From Bacteroidales bacterium (lineage in GTDB: Bacteria > Bacteroidota > Bacteroidia > Bacteroidales > UBA4181), in NCBI GenBank assembly GCA_031270985.1, contig JAISWR010000019.1, forward strand, positions 1 through 51,142: a stretch of DNA of 51,142 bases, in the 5' to 3' direction. The notes beneath the pieces were generated by a model. That model searched no databases and was not told the origin of the DNA. It saw nothing but the letters and a program-made list of their open reading frames with translations. Below, piece by piece: positions 27,989 through 38,251 of this stretch. The stretch's first letter is position 1, and each line of letters opens with the position of its first letter. The translations under genes and the position numbers were made by a program.

Positions 27989-28741
27989 TTAATTTTGTGG
28001 GGGAATGGGATTCCTCATACGGATCAGCTCTTCGTTCACCAGTTGCCTGACGTAATCCGCCGTTTCCTGTACAGACATGGTTGCGTGTACTTTGTACGGA
28101 ACGGGAGGGAGGATATGCAGCCGGATGGTTTGGCTGTAAAAAGGGTGAAGTCTGTTGCGGGGAATGAGATGCGCCGTACCGTCAATTACCATCGGCACGA
28201 TGTCTGTCTGTTGCTGCGCGGCAATAAGAAACGCCCCGCCTTTGAATGAGCGCAGTTGCCCGTCGGGAGAGCGCGTCCCTTCGGGAAATATCATCAAAGA
28301 ACTGCCGCGACGAATATTCTTTTCGCACAGACGGAACATTTTCCGCTGGCTTTTCATGTTCCTTTCAACGCGGATATAGCGGTTCAACTGCAAGTTCCAG
28401 CCTATGACGGGAATACGGAACAGGGAGGATTTCGCCACCCATTTGAAATGCCTGAAAATACGGTAAATCACAAGGATGTCTGCAACAGACTGGTGATTGC
28501 TCACCATCACGTACACTTTATGCCGGTCAATATGCTCAAGTCCACTGATTTTAACGCGCCACAAAGGATTCAGCCACGTGTAGCACGAAGCCCAGAAACA
28601 GGCAAACAGATGCAACAACTTCAACCGCTTGTCATACCAGCACGTAAGCACGAACAAAACGGTGGTAACGACAATGAAAACAACCGACGTAGCCAAAAAC
28701 ATCAGCGCCAAATACAGCGAAACCAGATAGCGATATATCAT
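27989..28741 (-). CDS. plsC: 1-acyl-sn-glycerol-3-phosphate acyltransferase (PlsC family)
   Basis: NHQSVAD (HX4D), KWVAKSSLF, FPEGTRS, FKGGAF, N-terminal TM helix. Start placed at MIYRYLV. Confidence 0.88.
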   Translation of the reverse strand: MIYRYLVSLYLALMFLATSVVFIVVTTVLFVLTCWYDKRLKLLHLFACFWASCYTWLNPLWRVKISGLEHIDRHKVYVMVSNHQSVADILVIYRIFRHFKWVAKSSLFRIPVIGWNLQLNRYIRVERNMKSQRKMFRLCEKNIRRGSSLMIFPEGTRSPDGQLRSFKGGAFLIAAQQQTDIVPMVIDGTAHLIPRNRLHPFYSQTIRLHILPPVPYKVHATMSVQETADYVRQLVNEELIRMRNPIPPQN

Positions 28742-28907
28742 GAGTGCAAAGATACGGTTTATTTCAAATGATGTGAGATTTTTTACCATTATTGATATTT
28801 TCCACACAGCGCACGCGAACAATCCGCTTGCAGAAATTACACCAAATTATGGAGGGACGGAATAATTTTCGGGGAAAAATCTATACATTTGTGCCTTAAT
28901 TTTGCGT

Positions 28908-30113
28908 ATGTCTCAAAATATCGAAACGGCGAAGATGCCCGAAAAAGCGGCGTTGGTAGGCTTGATTACCGCAGGACAGACGGAGGCGGAAGCCGGAGAG
29001 TATCTGAAAGAACTGGCGTTCCTCACGGAAACAGCCGGAGGAGTGCCTGTGAAAAAATTCACGCAACGGCTGGATATGCCCAATTTCGCCACGTTTGTAG
29101 GAAGCGGGAAACTTGCAGAAATCAAAGCGTTCATTCGGGAAGAAGAAATAGAGTTGGTGATTTTTGATGACGACCTCACCCCGTCGCAGTTGCGCAACAT
29201 CGAAAAAGAATTGGCGTGTAAAATCCTCGACAGGACTAACCTGATTCTGGATATTTTTGCGCGGAGAGCGCAAACCTCGTATGCTAAGGCACAGGTGGAA
29301 CTTGCCCAATACCAATACCTGCTGCCGCGGCTTACCCGCATGTGGACGCATCTGGAACGCCAGCAAGGCGGCATCGGATCGCGCGGCCCGGGCGAATCAG
29401 AGATTGAAACCGACCGGCGTGTGATTCGTACCAAAATCGCCGCCTTAAAAGAACAGTTGAAAAAAATCGACAACCAGATGTCCGTTCAGCGGAAAAATCG
29501 CGGCAACATTGTTCGCGTGGCTCTGGTTGGCTATACCAATGTGGGCAAGTCCACCCTGATGAACTTGTTGAGCAAGTCGGAAGTGTTTGCGGAAGACAAA
29601 CTTTTTGCCACGCTGGACACGACCGTCCGCAAAGTGGTGATTGACACTCTGCCGTTTCTGCTGACCGACACGGTGGGATTTATCCGTAAACTCCCGCACC
29701 ATCTGGTGGAATCGTTCAAATCCACGCTCGACGAAGTGCGCGAAGCCGATATTCTGGCGCACGTGGTGGACATATCCCATCCCCGCTTTGAAGAACAAAT
29801 CGACGTGGTCAACCGGACGCTGGCCGATCTCAAAGTGCAGGACAAATCGACCATTCTTGTCTTCAATAAAATAGACAACTACCGGTACACGCCCAAAGAC
29901 GCAGACGATCTGACTCCCGCCACAAAAGCCAACATAACGCTGGAAGAGTTGCAGCAAACGTGGATGGCTACCGACAATGGCAAACCTTGCGTATTTATTT
30001 CGGCGCTACGAAAATTGCATATCGAAGAACTCAAGGAAACATTGTTCCGCGAGGTACGCACCATCCATTCGCAGCGTTATCCATACGAACAGCATCCGAC
30101 AGTATATTTTTGA
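28908..30113 (+). CDS. hflX: ribosome-splitting GTPase HflX
   Basis: GSGKL, LILDIFARRA, RGPGESEIETDRR, G1 GYTNVGKS, FATLDTT, DTVGFI, NKID. Confidence 0.97.
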   Translation: MSQNIETAKMPEKAALVGLITAGQTEAEAGEYLKELAFLTETAGGVPVKKFTQRLDMPNFATFVGSGKLAEIKAFIREEEIELVIFDDDLTPSQLRNIEKELACKILDRTNLILDIFARRAQTSYAKAQVELAQYQYLLPRLTRMWTHLERQQGGIGSRGPGESEIETDRRVIRTKIAALKEQLKKIDNQMSVQRKNRGNIVRVALVGYTNVGKSTLMNLLSKSEVFAEDKLFATLDTTVRKVVIDTLPFLLTDTVGFIRKLPHHLVESFKSTLDEVREADILAHVVDISHPRFEEQIDVVNRTLADLKVQDKSTILVFNKIDNYRYTPKDADDLTPATKANITLEELQQTWMATDNGKPCVFISALRKLHIEELKETLFREVRTIHSQRYPYEQHPTVYF

Positions 30114-30231
30114 CAAAACGACGGAATTTTTTTATGTTTTTTGTACATGATTTGGAAAAAATCATGTACTTTTGCACTTCATTTTTTATTCGTGGATTAT
30201 TATTATAAAATGTTCAAATACTTATAACCTA

Positions 30232-31011
30232 ATGGCAAATTTTTCATTAAACGGTAAAACCGCCCTTGTTACGGGGGCGTCGTACGGAATTGGCTTTTCG
30301 ATAGCCTGTGCGCTTCACGAAGCCGGTGCAACCATTATTTTCAACGACATCAAACAGGATTTGGTAGAAGCGGGATTGACCGCATACAAGGAAAAAGGGA
30401 TTCATGCCCACGGCTATGTATGCGACGTTACCGATGAAAAAGCGGTGAACGATCTGGTTGCCAAAATAGAAAAAGAAGTAGGTGTGGTAGATATTCTGGT
30501 GAACAACGCCGGAATCATCAAACGCATCCCGATGACGGAAATGTCGGCGGTAGAATTTCGCCAGGTCATTGACGTTGATCTGAACGCGCCGTTCATCGTA
30601 TCCAAAGCGGTGATACCCGGCATGATCAAGAAAGGCGGCGGCAAAATCATCAACATCTGCTCCATGATGAGCGAACTGGGACGCGAAACGGTATCGGCTT
30701 ATGCGGCGGCAAAAGGCGGTTTGAAAATGCTTACCCGCAACATTGCTTCCGAATACGGAGAATTTAACATACAGTGTAACGGTCTGGGACCCGGCTATAT
30801 CGCCACCCCGCAAACGGCGCCTTTGCGCACCGAAGGGCATCCTTTCAACTCGTTCATCATATCCAAAACGCCTGCCGCACGCTGGGGAACGCCCGAAGAC
30901 CTTGCAGGTCCGGCGGTATTTCTCGCTTCGTCGGCTTCCGATTTTGTCAATGGACACGTCCTGTACGTGGACGGAGGCATTTTGGCTTATATCGGCAAAC
31001 AACCCAAATAA
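30232..31011 (+). CDS. kduD: gluconate 5-dehydrogenase / 2-keto-3-deoxygluconate dehydrogenase (KduD-like SDR)
   Basis: TGASYGIG, NNAGIIKR, CSMMSELGRETVSAYAAAKGG (YxxxK), GPGYIATPQT, VDGGILAYIGKQP. Adjacent to DUF4861. Confidence 0.88.
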   Translation: MANFSLNGKTALVTGASYGIGFSIACALHEAGATIIFNDIKQDLVEAGLTAYKEKGIHAHGYVCDVTDEKAVNDLVAKIEKEVGVVDILVNNAGIIKRIPMTEMSAVEFRQVIDVDLNAPFIVSKAVIPGMIKKGGGKIINICSMMSELGRETVSAYAAAKGGLKMLTRNIASEYGEFNIQCNGLGPGYIATPQTAPLRTEGHPFNSFIISKTPAARWGTPEDLAGPAVFLASSASDFVNGHVLYVDGGILAYIGKQPK

Positions 31012-31044
31012 CAGAATCAACAAACCTCAAAAACCAAATTTAAA

Positions 31045-32187
31045 ATGAAAAACATTATTATTGCATTATGCGTTGCGGCTGCGCTGGTATCGTGCGGCAA
31101 GCGGCAAGTCACGGTTGAAGTGAACAACCCGTCGAATGTGGTGCACGACAAAACGACGGTGGAAATTGCATGGGCGGACATCGTTGCCAAAATTCCCGCC
31201 GCCGACCCCGCAAAATTGGTCGTAACTTCTGTCACAACAGGCGAAGAACGCCCCAGTCAGGTCATCTACAACGGGCAGGAAACTCCCCAGGCGCTGATTT
31301 TTCAGGTAACGCTGGGAGGCGAAGAATCGGCCTCGTTTCTGATTGCCTCCGGAACACCTCAGGAATACGTGGTGAGAACCTCCGGAAGGTATGTGCCCGA
31401 ACGCAAGGATGATATCGCATGGGAAAACGACCGTGTAGCTTTCCGCATGTACGGCCCCAAACTGGCGCCCGAATATCCGAGTAACGGCGTGGACATCTGG
31501 ATGAAAAGAACGGAAGAACTTGTGGTGGATGAATTTTACCGCGAAGAACTGCAAAACCACATTTCTTACCACGAAGACCACGGCAAAGGGCTGGATTGTT
31601 ACAAGGTGGGGCATGAATTGGGCGCAGGTGGCATCTGTCCTTACATCAACGACACGCTGTGGATAGGCAACCACTATACCACACAAAAGGTGCTGGACAA
31701 CGGGCCTTTGCGCACTACCTTTGTGCTTACATACGACAACCTGCCAGTGGGCAAACAGACGTTCAGCGAAAACATCACCATCTCCCTCGATGGAGGATCG
31801 CAACTCAACAAAGCGGAAGTGTCTTTCGACGGCGACTTTACTGAAATACAGGTTGCTTTGGGCATATCCCTCCATGAGGAACGCGGCAACACAAAAGCGG
31901 ACGCCGCATCGGGATATATCGCATACGGCGAAAACGCTGTGTCGGAAGTGGAACATATCCCTTCTGGCAGGAATTATGTGGGCGTTGTGGCTACCACCAT
32001 CACCGAAACGCTTGAAAAAAATAGGCATCTGTTGGCATTGGCGTCTTACAAAAAAGGCGATAAACTCACCTATTACTTCGGCGGCGGCTGGAGCAAGTGG
32101 GGTTTCGACACCGACGAAGCATGGTTCGACTATGTGGCGCAATTTACCGCCCGCGTGAAAAACCCGCTGAAAGTATCCGTACAGTAA
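31045..32187 (+). CDS. DUF4861 family lipoprotein
   Basis: Lipobox LVSC, PERKDDIAWENDRVAFRMYGP, DIWMKRT, YHEDHGKGLDCYKVG..LGAGG, GPLRT, YYFGGGWSK. Confidence 0.88.
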   Translation: MKNIIIALCVAAALVSCGKRQVTVEVNNPSNVVHDKTTVEIAWADIVAKIPAADPAKLVVTSVTTGEERPSQVIYNGQETPQALIFQVTLGGEESASFLIASGTPQEYVVRTSGRYVPERKDDIAWENDRVAFRMYGPKLAPEYPSNGVDIWMKRTEELVVDEFYREELQNHISYHEDHGKGLDCYKVGHELGAGGICPYINDTLWIGNHYTTQKVLDNGPLRTTFVLTYDNLPVGKQTFSENITISLDGGSQLNKAEVSFDGDFTEIQVALGISLHEERGNTKADAASGYIAYGENAVSEVEHIPSGRNYVGVVATTITETLEKNRHLLALASYKKGDKLTYYFGGGWSKWGFDTDEAWFDYVAQFTARVKNPLKVSVQ

Positions 32188-32229
32188 AGCGGTTGTTGTC
32201 GTTCATCGGGATACCGGATTCATGTGATT

Positions 32230-32838
32230 CTATCCCAACAGTTTCCTGACGTTTTCTTCCGAAAACGGTATGCCGTCGTTATCACTGCTTATCAGCATCA
32301 TGCGAACTTCATGTCTGTTGCCGAAAGATTCTGCCCATGCCGCGAGTACAGTTCGCGTATCGCTGTCCTGAAAGGCTTCCGTTACCGTACGGCATATCTG
32401 TGCGGCGTCAAAGTCTTCGCAGATATAGAATGACGTTTCGCCGAAAAATTTTTCGCGAATAGCAATTTCTCCCGTCACTATGTTCGGCAAGGTATATACG
32501 AAAACGGCGGGGCTTGGGAAATAGCCGTCCTGTTCAATGGTGGCTTGGTATGCGGTATCGGTTTCCAGCGAAGAACTGCGGTTAAAGCAAAGTACCGCCA
32601 CGTCTTCACGCGGAATAAAACGCGGCGTCATGTTGCTGAAAATCAGTTCGGATGCTAAAAAACCGAGTTTTGACAAATTGTCCATTTTGAAAAATTTCGG
32701 ATAGTCCACATCCAACGATCGATATAATGCCGTAAGGAATTTAGTGTCTTTCTTTGCATTCGTTACGGGCAAAGTCACGCCGTTCACCGATGCCGAATGT
32801 TCGTCAATCCTGCCGTACTTACGGATAAAAAGTCGCAT
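32230..32838 (-). CDS. short beta-ketoacyl synthase-like (chain-length-factor-like) protein of the Bacteroidota aryl-polyene/flexirubin type
   Basis: YPKFFKMDNLSKLGFLASE, SSSLETD, SPAVFVYTLPNIVTGEIAIR. Only 202 aa, with no recognisable catalytic Cys-His-His. Confidence 0.7.
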   Translation of the reverse strand: MRLFIRKYGRIDEHSASVNGVTLPVTNAKKDTKFLTALYRSLDVDYPKFFKMDNLSKLGFLASELIFSNMTPRFIPREDVAVLCFNRSSSLETDTAYQATIEQDGYFPSPAVFVYTLPNIVTGEIAIREKFFGETSFYICEDFDAAQICRTVTEAFQDSDTRTVLAAWAESFGNRHEVRMMLISSDNDGIPFSEENVRKLLG

Positions 32839-32847
32839 CCCGCGTTC

Positions 32848-35058
32848 TTATTTCAGTTCAAATGCTACCGATGCCCTGACGTCTGCAGAAGACGCACCGA
32901 TATATATCGTGAATTTTCCGGGTTCGGCGACCCATTCGTGCCGTTTATCGTCGAAAAATTTCAAATCATCTGCAGAAATGATGAACGACACTATCTTTTC
33001 TTCGCCTGGAGCAAGTTCAATTTTCTCAAACGCTTTCAATTCTTTTACCGGTCGCGCTACCGACGCTTTTTCATCGCCGATGTACAACTGCACGATTTCT
33101 TTCCCTTTCCTTTCGCCCGTGTTTTTCACGGGTATGGTAACGGTAAGCGTTTCCGTTGCTTGCATGTGTTTTCCCGAAACAGTCGCTTTCCCGTACGCAA
33201 ATTGCGTGTAACTCAATCCGTGTCCGAACGGGAACAGCGGTTTGATGTTGTTTTTGTCTGTCCAGCGATAGCCTACAAAGATTCCTTCACGGTAAGTTTC
33301 TTCATGGTTGTTGCCCGGATAGTCGCCTGCGGCGTGTGCACCCGCATCGGTCAGTTTCGCGGGAAAGGTAAACGGCAGTTTTCCCGACGGGTTTACATCG
33401 CCTGCCAGTACCCGCGCCAACGCATTGCCGGCTTCCGAACCGAGATACCAACTTTCCACGACGGCAGGCACTTCGTTCACCCAGGGCATGGCGACCGCGT
33501 TACCCGAAAGAATGACCACCACCAGATTTTTGTTGACTTTTGCCAAAGCGCTGATGACGGCGTCCTGTCCGTAAGGCAAGCCTAATTCCTTACGATCTTT
33601 GCCTTCGCTGTCTTGATATCCGTGTTTGTTCAAACCGCCGACAAAAATCACATAATCGGCGTCCTGTGCTGCGCGGCATGCTTCGGCAATCAGTTCATCC
33701 GAAGAACGGTTATCCGACAGGTTTTGCGTTTTCAATCCGTCTTGCGTACCGATGGCTTCACCTACATATCCTCTGGCATACGTTACTTCGACGGCAACGC
33801 CTGCCCTGTTTTTGATGCCGTCCAGCGGCGATACCTCATATTTTGCTTTCAGCGAAGAACTTCCTCCGCCTACGGTCATCACTTTCACGGCATTTTCGCC
33901 AATCACGGCAATTTTTTTTGTGTCTTGCAGACGGATAGGCAGTACGTTGTTTTTGTTCTGCAACAGTACGATGCCTTCTTCCGCAATCTTCCGCGCCGCC
34001 AATCCGTGTTCCGGCGTGGCAAACGATCCGAAGGGACGCTGTCTGTCCATTGTGGTGCGGAATGCCAGCCGAAGAACATTTCTCGCTTTTTTATCCAATT
34101 CTTTTTCTTCTATCTTTCCGGATTTGATCAGGTTCAGGAAAGGGGCAGCCAGATGATAACTGTCATAGGCATTCTTTGCTCCGGATGCCAACCCGTCCGT
34201 ATGTGTGCCAAATTCCATGTCCACGCCGTGGTAGACGGTAGATTCCGTTTCGTGAACGCCTCCCCAGTCGGATACCACCACGCCGTCGAATCCCCATTCC
34301 TTTCTCAGGATATTGTCCAACAGGTATTCATTTTGGCAGCAAAATTGTCCCTTATAGCGGTTGTAAGCGCCCATAATCGCCCATGCTTTGCCCTCTGTGA
34401 CGGCGGCTTTGAAGGCGGGCAAGTAAATTTCGTAAAGAGCGCGGTCGTCCACCGTTACATTCACCGCATTGCGGTCTATTTCTTGATTGTTGAGGGCGAA
34501 ATGTTTCACACAAGCGGCAACGCCGTTCTGTTGAACGCCCTGTACATAAGGCACTACCATGCAAGACGCTAAATAGGGGTCTTCACCCATATATTCAAAA
34601 TTACGACCGTTGAGTGGTGTCCGGTAGATATTTACACCGGGTCCCAACAAGACATTTTTGTTCCGATAGCGAGCTTCTTCGCCGATAGATTTGCCGTACA
34701 GCGCCGCCATTTCCGGATTCCATGTTGCCGCCAGACAGGTCAATGCCGGAAACGCCATGCAGGAGTCGTTAGTCCATCCCGCTTGATTCCACTCGTCCCA
34801 AATTACCTCAGCCCTGATACCGTGCGGTCCGTCGGACATCCAGTTTTCGGGAATCCCCAAACGGGCAACCCCTGCCGAACTGAACTTGGATCGGGCATGC
34901 AGCAGTTGTATTTTTTCTTCCGCAGTGAGACGGGACAACGCATCTTCCACCCGGAGTTCAACGGGTTGGGTGTCGTCGAGATAAACGGGTATCTTATTTT
35001 GCGCCGGTATGGATAACGTCAAACTTGTCAAACCAATTACACACAGAATCGTTTTCAT
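32848..35058 (-). CDS. GH3 beta-glucosidase/xylosidase, secreted
   Basis: SDGPHGIR, GPGVNIYRTPLNGRNFEYMGEDP, KHF, SDWG nucleophile, PSGKLPFTF, FPFGHGLSYT, C-terminal Fn3-like domain. Confidence 0.95.
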   Translation of the reverse strand: MKTILCVIGLTSLTLSIPAQNKIPVYLDDTQPVELRVEDALSRLTAEEKIQLLHARSKFSSAGVARLGIPENWMSDGPHGIRAEVIWDEWNQAGWTNDSCMAFPALTCLAATWNPEMAALYGKSIGEEARYRNKNVLLGPGVNIYRTPLNGRNFEYMGEDPYLASCMVVPYVQGVQQNGVAACVKHFALNNQEIDRNAVNVTVDDRALYEIYLPAFKAAVTEGKAWAIMGAYNRYKGQFCCQNEYLLDNILRKEWGFDGVVVSDWGGVHETESTVYHGVDMEFGTHTDGLASGAKNAYDSYHLAAPFLNLIKSGKIEEKELDKKARNVLRLAFRTTMDRQRPFGSFATPEHGLAARKIAEEGIVLLQNKNNVLPIRLQDTKKIAVIGENAVKVMTVGGGSSSLKAKYEVSPLDGIKNRAGVAVEVTYARGYVGEAIGTQDGLKTQNLSDNRSSDELIAEACRAAQDADYVIFVGGLNKHGYQDSEGKDRKELGLPYGQDAVISALAKVNKNLVVVILSGNAVAMPWVNEVPAVVESWYLGSEAGNALARVLAGDVNPSGKLPFTFPAKLTDAGAHAAGDYPGNNHEETYREGIFVGYRWTDKNNIKPLFPFGHGLSYTQFAYGKATVSGKHMQATETLTVTIPVKNTGERKGKEIVQLYIGDEKASVARPVKELKAFEKIELAPGEEKIVSFIISADDLKFFDDKRHEWVAEPGKFTIYIGASSADVRASVAFELK

Positions 35059-35098
35059 ATCTTTATAATTTTATAGGGTGAAAAATATATTATGAGGG

Positions 35099-35106
35099 CA
35101 AAGTTA
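35099..35106 (-). promoter_or_regulatory. -7 promoter element (TAACTTTG) for the GH3 gene
   Basis: Consensus match about 40 nt upstream of the GH3 ATG. Confidence 0.55.
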
Positions 35107-35251
35107 GCATAAATTTTTTGGATTTTCAAATGTGTGCAAAATTATCCGCGCTTGGCTGCGGCACGGTACACCCCGAAAAAGGCTATCCTTTGGGGACAGC
35201 CTTTTATCATTTTCTCGGACAATTGTCTGTGACAGTGTTTATTGCGCATCT

Positions 35252-36763
35252 CTAAAACAGGAAATACACGAACGGTTGGATTGCAGATGATTTTGTCTGG
35301 TAAATCAGCAAAAAGACCAGTACGGACAACACCAACTGTATGGCGACGGGCGTCTTGACGAAACAACGGCAGACGTATTCCTTCCATTGTGCGGGCAGCC
35401 AATGCGCAAGAAAGCCGGCAAAAATCACAGCAAACACAGTATTGTAGCTGAACATCATATCGCCCAGCAGTACGGAAGGGGTGACGGAAAAAATCCGGCG
35501 GATCATTTCCGTTACGGTATCCATGTCATCCGCACGGAAAAAAATCCAGCAAAAAGCCGTAAAATGAAAGGTGAGCAACAAACCGGCAAAAGATACCGCA
35601 CGGCGTTTTTTTTTCGCCGGCGGGAATATGCTTGTCCATGCTTTGTGCAGCACCAGTGCAAGCCCGTGCAGAGCGCCCCACAGCAGAAAACGGATGTTAG
35701 CGCCGTGCCACAACCCTCCCAGCAGCATGGTGATCATCAGATTGATGTAAGTACGCCAATTTCCCTTGCGGTTGCCACCCAGCGGGATGTACAAGTAATC
35801 GCGCAGCCACGCCGACAGAGACATGTGCCATCGCCTCCAGAAATCGCTGATGTTCACGGCGTGGTAAGGCGAATTAAAATTGAGGGGTAGTTGGAAACCC
35901 ATCAGCAGCGCCACGCCGGCAGCAATGTCGGTATATCCCGAAAAATCGCAATAAATCTGCAATGTGTAGCCGTACACCGCCATCAGGTTTTCAAAACCGG
36001 AATACAACGCCGGCTGATCGAACACTCTGTCCACAAAATTAACAGAAATATAATCGGACACCAATATTTTCTTCACCAGCCCGCTACCGATGAAGAACAA
36101 CGCCCGTCCAAATTCCTCCCGCTGTAAGCGGTAACGACGGTACATCTGCGGGATGAACTCCGCCGCGCGTACAATGGGGCCTGCCACCAACTGCGGGAAA
36201 AACGAAAGGTAACAGCCAAAATCCGGCAAATTCCTCACCGCAGGCGTCTTCTTGCGGTAAACGTCCACTATGTAACTGATGGCTTGAAAAGTAAAAAAGG
36301 AAATACCTACGGGAAGCATTATCTGTGCCGCATCGAAATGGCTGCCGGAAATACGGTTTGTCCAATCCGCCAACAGATTATGCACTTTGAGTGAGGCGCC
36401 GAACAAATGATTGACCCATTCAACCAGCAGATAAGCGTATTTGAAATACGCCAACAATAGCAAATTGAACGTTATGCCTGCGAATAACACCGCTTTTTTC
36501 ACAGTTGCGGATTTTCCCGCCTCAATCGACCGTCCTGCAAGGTAATTTATCAACACCGAAATCAGCAGCAACGAAAAATAATAACCTCCGCACTTGTAGT
36601 AAAAGTAAACGCTCACCGCAAACAGGAAAGCGTTGCGGATAGGATTTTTTTGGTATAAAAACGAGTATAACAACATTACTGCCATGAAAAATACCCAAAA
36701 CGACACATGGGTAAAAATCATGGGCGCATGCTCGGAATACTGTAAATATTGGCTAACCGACAA
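35252..36763 (-). CDS. MBOAT O-acyltransferase (AlgI/PatA-like)
   Basis: LPVGISFFTFQAISY, FFPQLVAGPIVRA, QIYCDFSGYTD, NFNSPY, FWRRWHMSLS, DYLYIPLGG, GLWHGA. Confidence 0.93.
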   Translation of the reverse strand: MSVSQYLQYSEHAPMIFTHVSFWVFFMAVMLLYSFLYQKNPIRNAFLFAVSVYFYYKCGGYYFSLLLISVLINYLAGRSIEAGKSATVKKAVLFAGITFNLLLLAYFKYAYLLVEWVNHLFGASLKVHNLLADWTNRISGSHFDAAQIMLPVGISFFTFQAISYIVDVYRKKTPAVRNLPDFGCYLSFFPQLVAGPIVRAAEFIPQMYRRYRLQREEFGRALFFIGSGLVKKILVSDYISVNFVDRVFDQPALYSGFENLMAVYGYTLQIYCDFSGYTDIAAGVALLMGFQLPLNFNSPYHAVNISDFWRRWHMSLSAWLRDYLYIPLGGNRKGNWRTYINLMITMLLGGLWHGANIRFLLWGALHGLALVLHKAWTSIFPPAKKKRRAVSFAGLLLTFHFTAFCWIFFRADDMDTVTEMIRRIFSVTPSVLLGDMMFSYNTVFAVIFAGFLAHWLPAQWKEYVCRCFVKTPVAIQLVLSVLVFLLIYQTKSSAIQPFVYFLF

Positions 36764-36793
36764 TTTCAGATGACAGGCTTATGGGAAATGTTC

Positions 36794-38251
36794 CTAACAC
36801 CCCACCGTTTTCAGCGTTTCGATCAGATAATCCCAGAAAGCCGCTACGGACGGAATATTGACTTTTTCACCGGGGGAATGAGGATGCAGGATGGTGGGAC
36901 CGAACGATATATAATCCATATCGGGGTAACTGGCTCCGAAAATGGCACACTCCAGTCCCGCATGTATCACTTTCACTGCAGGGTCTTTGCGGTATAATTT
37001 CCGGTAAACCGCCGTCATGGTTTTCAGGATATTCGAATCGAAATTGGGTTTCCATCCCGGATAGCCTTCGCTCATTTCGGCGCTGTTGCCCGACAAGGCA
37101 AACAATGCCATGATTTTATCTGCGAGATCGTTCTTTGCTGAATCTACCGCGCTACGCAGCAGGCATGCAACGTTCACCTGTTTTCCGTCCGATTCCACGA
37201 TGGCAAGATTGGTGGACGTTTCCACCACTTCAGGCATGTCGGCAATCATACGCATTGCACCGTTGGGCATGGCATACAGGGTGTTGAGCACATTGTCCAA
37301 AGAGGGTTTCGTCATCACTTTTGCAGGGAGTGCAACAGGTTCGGCGGAAAAGACAATCCCCGATTCCACGCCCGTAAACTCCGTCGAAACGGTATGCAGG
37401 AAAGCAGTCACGTCTTCTTTCAGTTTGTCCGTTTGCGACGCGGATACCACAACAACGGCAGAGGCTTCGCGCGGGATAGCATTTCGCAGATTGCCCCCTT
37501 CGATGGACGCCAGACGTAAATTGTATTTTCGGGCAGCATTCCACAGAAAACGCACCATCAGTTGATTGGCGTTGCCTCTGCCGAGATGGATGTCTGCACC
37601 GGAATGTCCGCCTTTAAGACCGGTAAGGCTGATTTTGAAAGCGGCAGTGTCTTTGCTCACAGATTCCTCCGTATAAACAATAGATGCCTTGGCATTCAGC
37701 CCGCCGGCGCATCCGATGCACAGCTCGCCCTCTTCTTCCGAGTCCAGATTGATAAAAATGCTGCCTTTCAATACGCCGGCTTGCAAGCCGTTAGCGCCGG
37801 TCATACCCGTTTCCTCATCAATGGTGAACAGCGCTTCGACAGGTCCGTGTTGCACATCTTCGGATTCAAGCACTGCCAACGCTGCCGCTACGCCTATACC
37901 ATTGTCGGCGCCCAGCGTTGTGCCGCGCGCTTTTACCCAATCGCCATCCACATAGGCGTCAATCGGGTCTGTTTCAAAATTGTGCCGCACATCCCCGTTC
38001 TTCTGGGGCACCATATCCAAGTGCGACTGCAGCACCACGCCCGGACGGTTTTCGTATCCTTTTGTCGCCGGTTTGCGAATCACCACGTTGCCTACGGCAT
38101 CAACGGTGTAGTCCAAACCTTGCGCCACCGCAAACGCTTTGACAAATTCAACGGCTTTGCCCTCTTGTTTCGACGGGCGCGGAATGGCACAAAGCCGCGC
38201 AAAATGCTTCCATAATATCTGCGGTTGCAGATTCTTCAATTCATTGTTCAT
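36794..38251 (-). CDS. pepD: aminoacyl-histidine dipeptidase (M20C)
   Basis: IPRPSK, QSHLDMV, TTLGADNGIG, DEETG, NLDSEE, GGHSG, IHAGLEC, HSPGE. Confidence 0.96.
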   Translation of the reverse strand: MNNELKNLQPQILWKHFARLCAIPRPSKQEGKAVEFVKAFAVAQGLDYTVDAVGNVVIRKPATKGYENRPGVVLQSHLDMVPQKNGDVRHNFETDPIDAYVDGDWVKARGTTLGADNGIGVAAALAVLESEDVQHGPVEALFTIDEETGMTGANGLQAGVLKGSIFINLDSEEEGELCIGCAGGLNAKASIVYTEESVSKDTAAFKISLTGLKGGHSGADIHLGRGNANQLMVRFLWNAARKYNLRLASIEGGNLRNAIPREASAVVVVSASQTDKLKEDVTAFLHTVSTEFTGVESGIVFSAEPVALPAKVMTKPSLDNVLNTLYAMPNGAMRMIADMPEVVETSTNLAIVESDGKQVNVACLLRSAVDSAKNDLADKIMALFALSGNSAEMSEGYPGWKPNFDSNILKTMTAVYRKLYRKDPAVKVIHAGLECAIFGASYPDMDYISFGPTILHPHSPGEKVNIPSVAAFWDYLIETLKTVGC

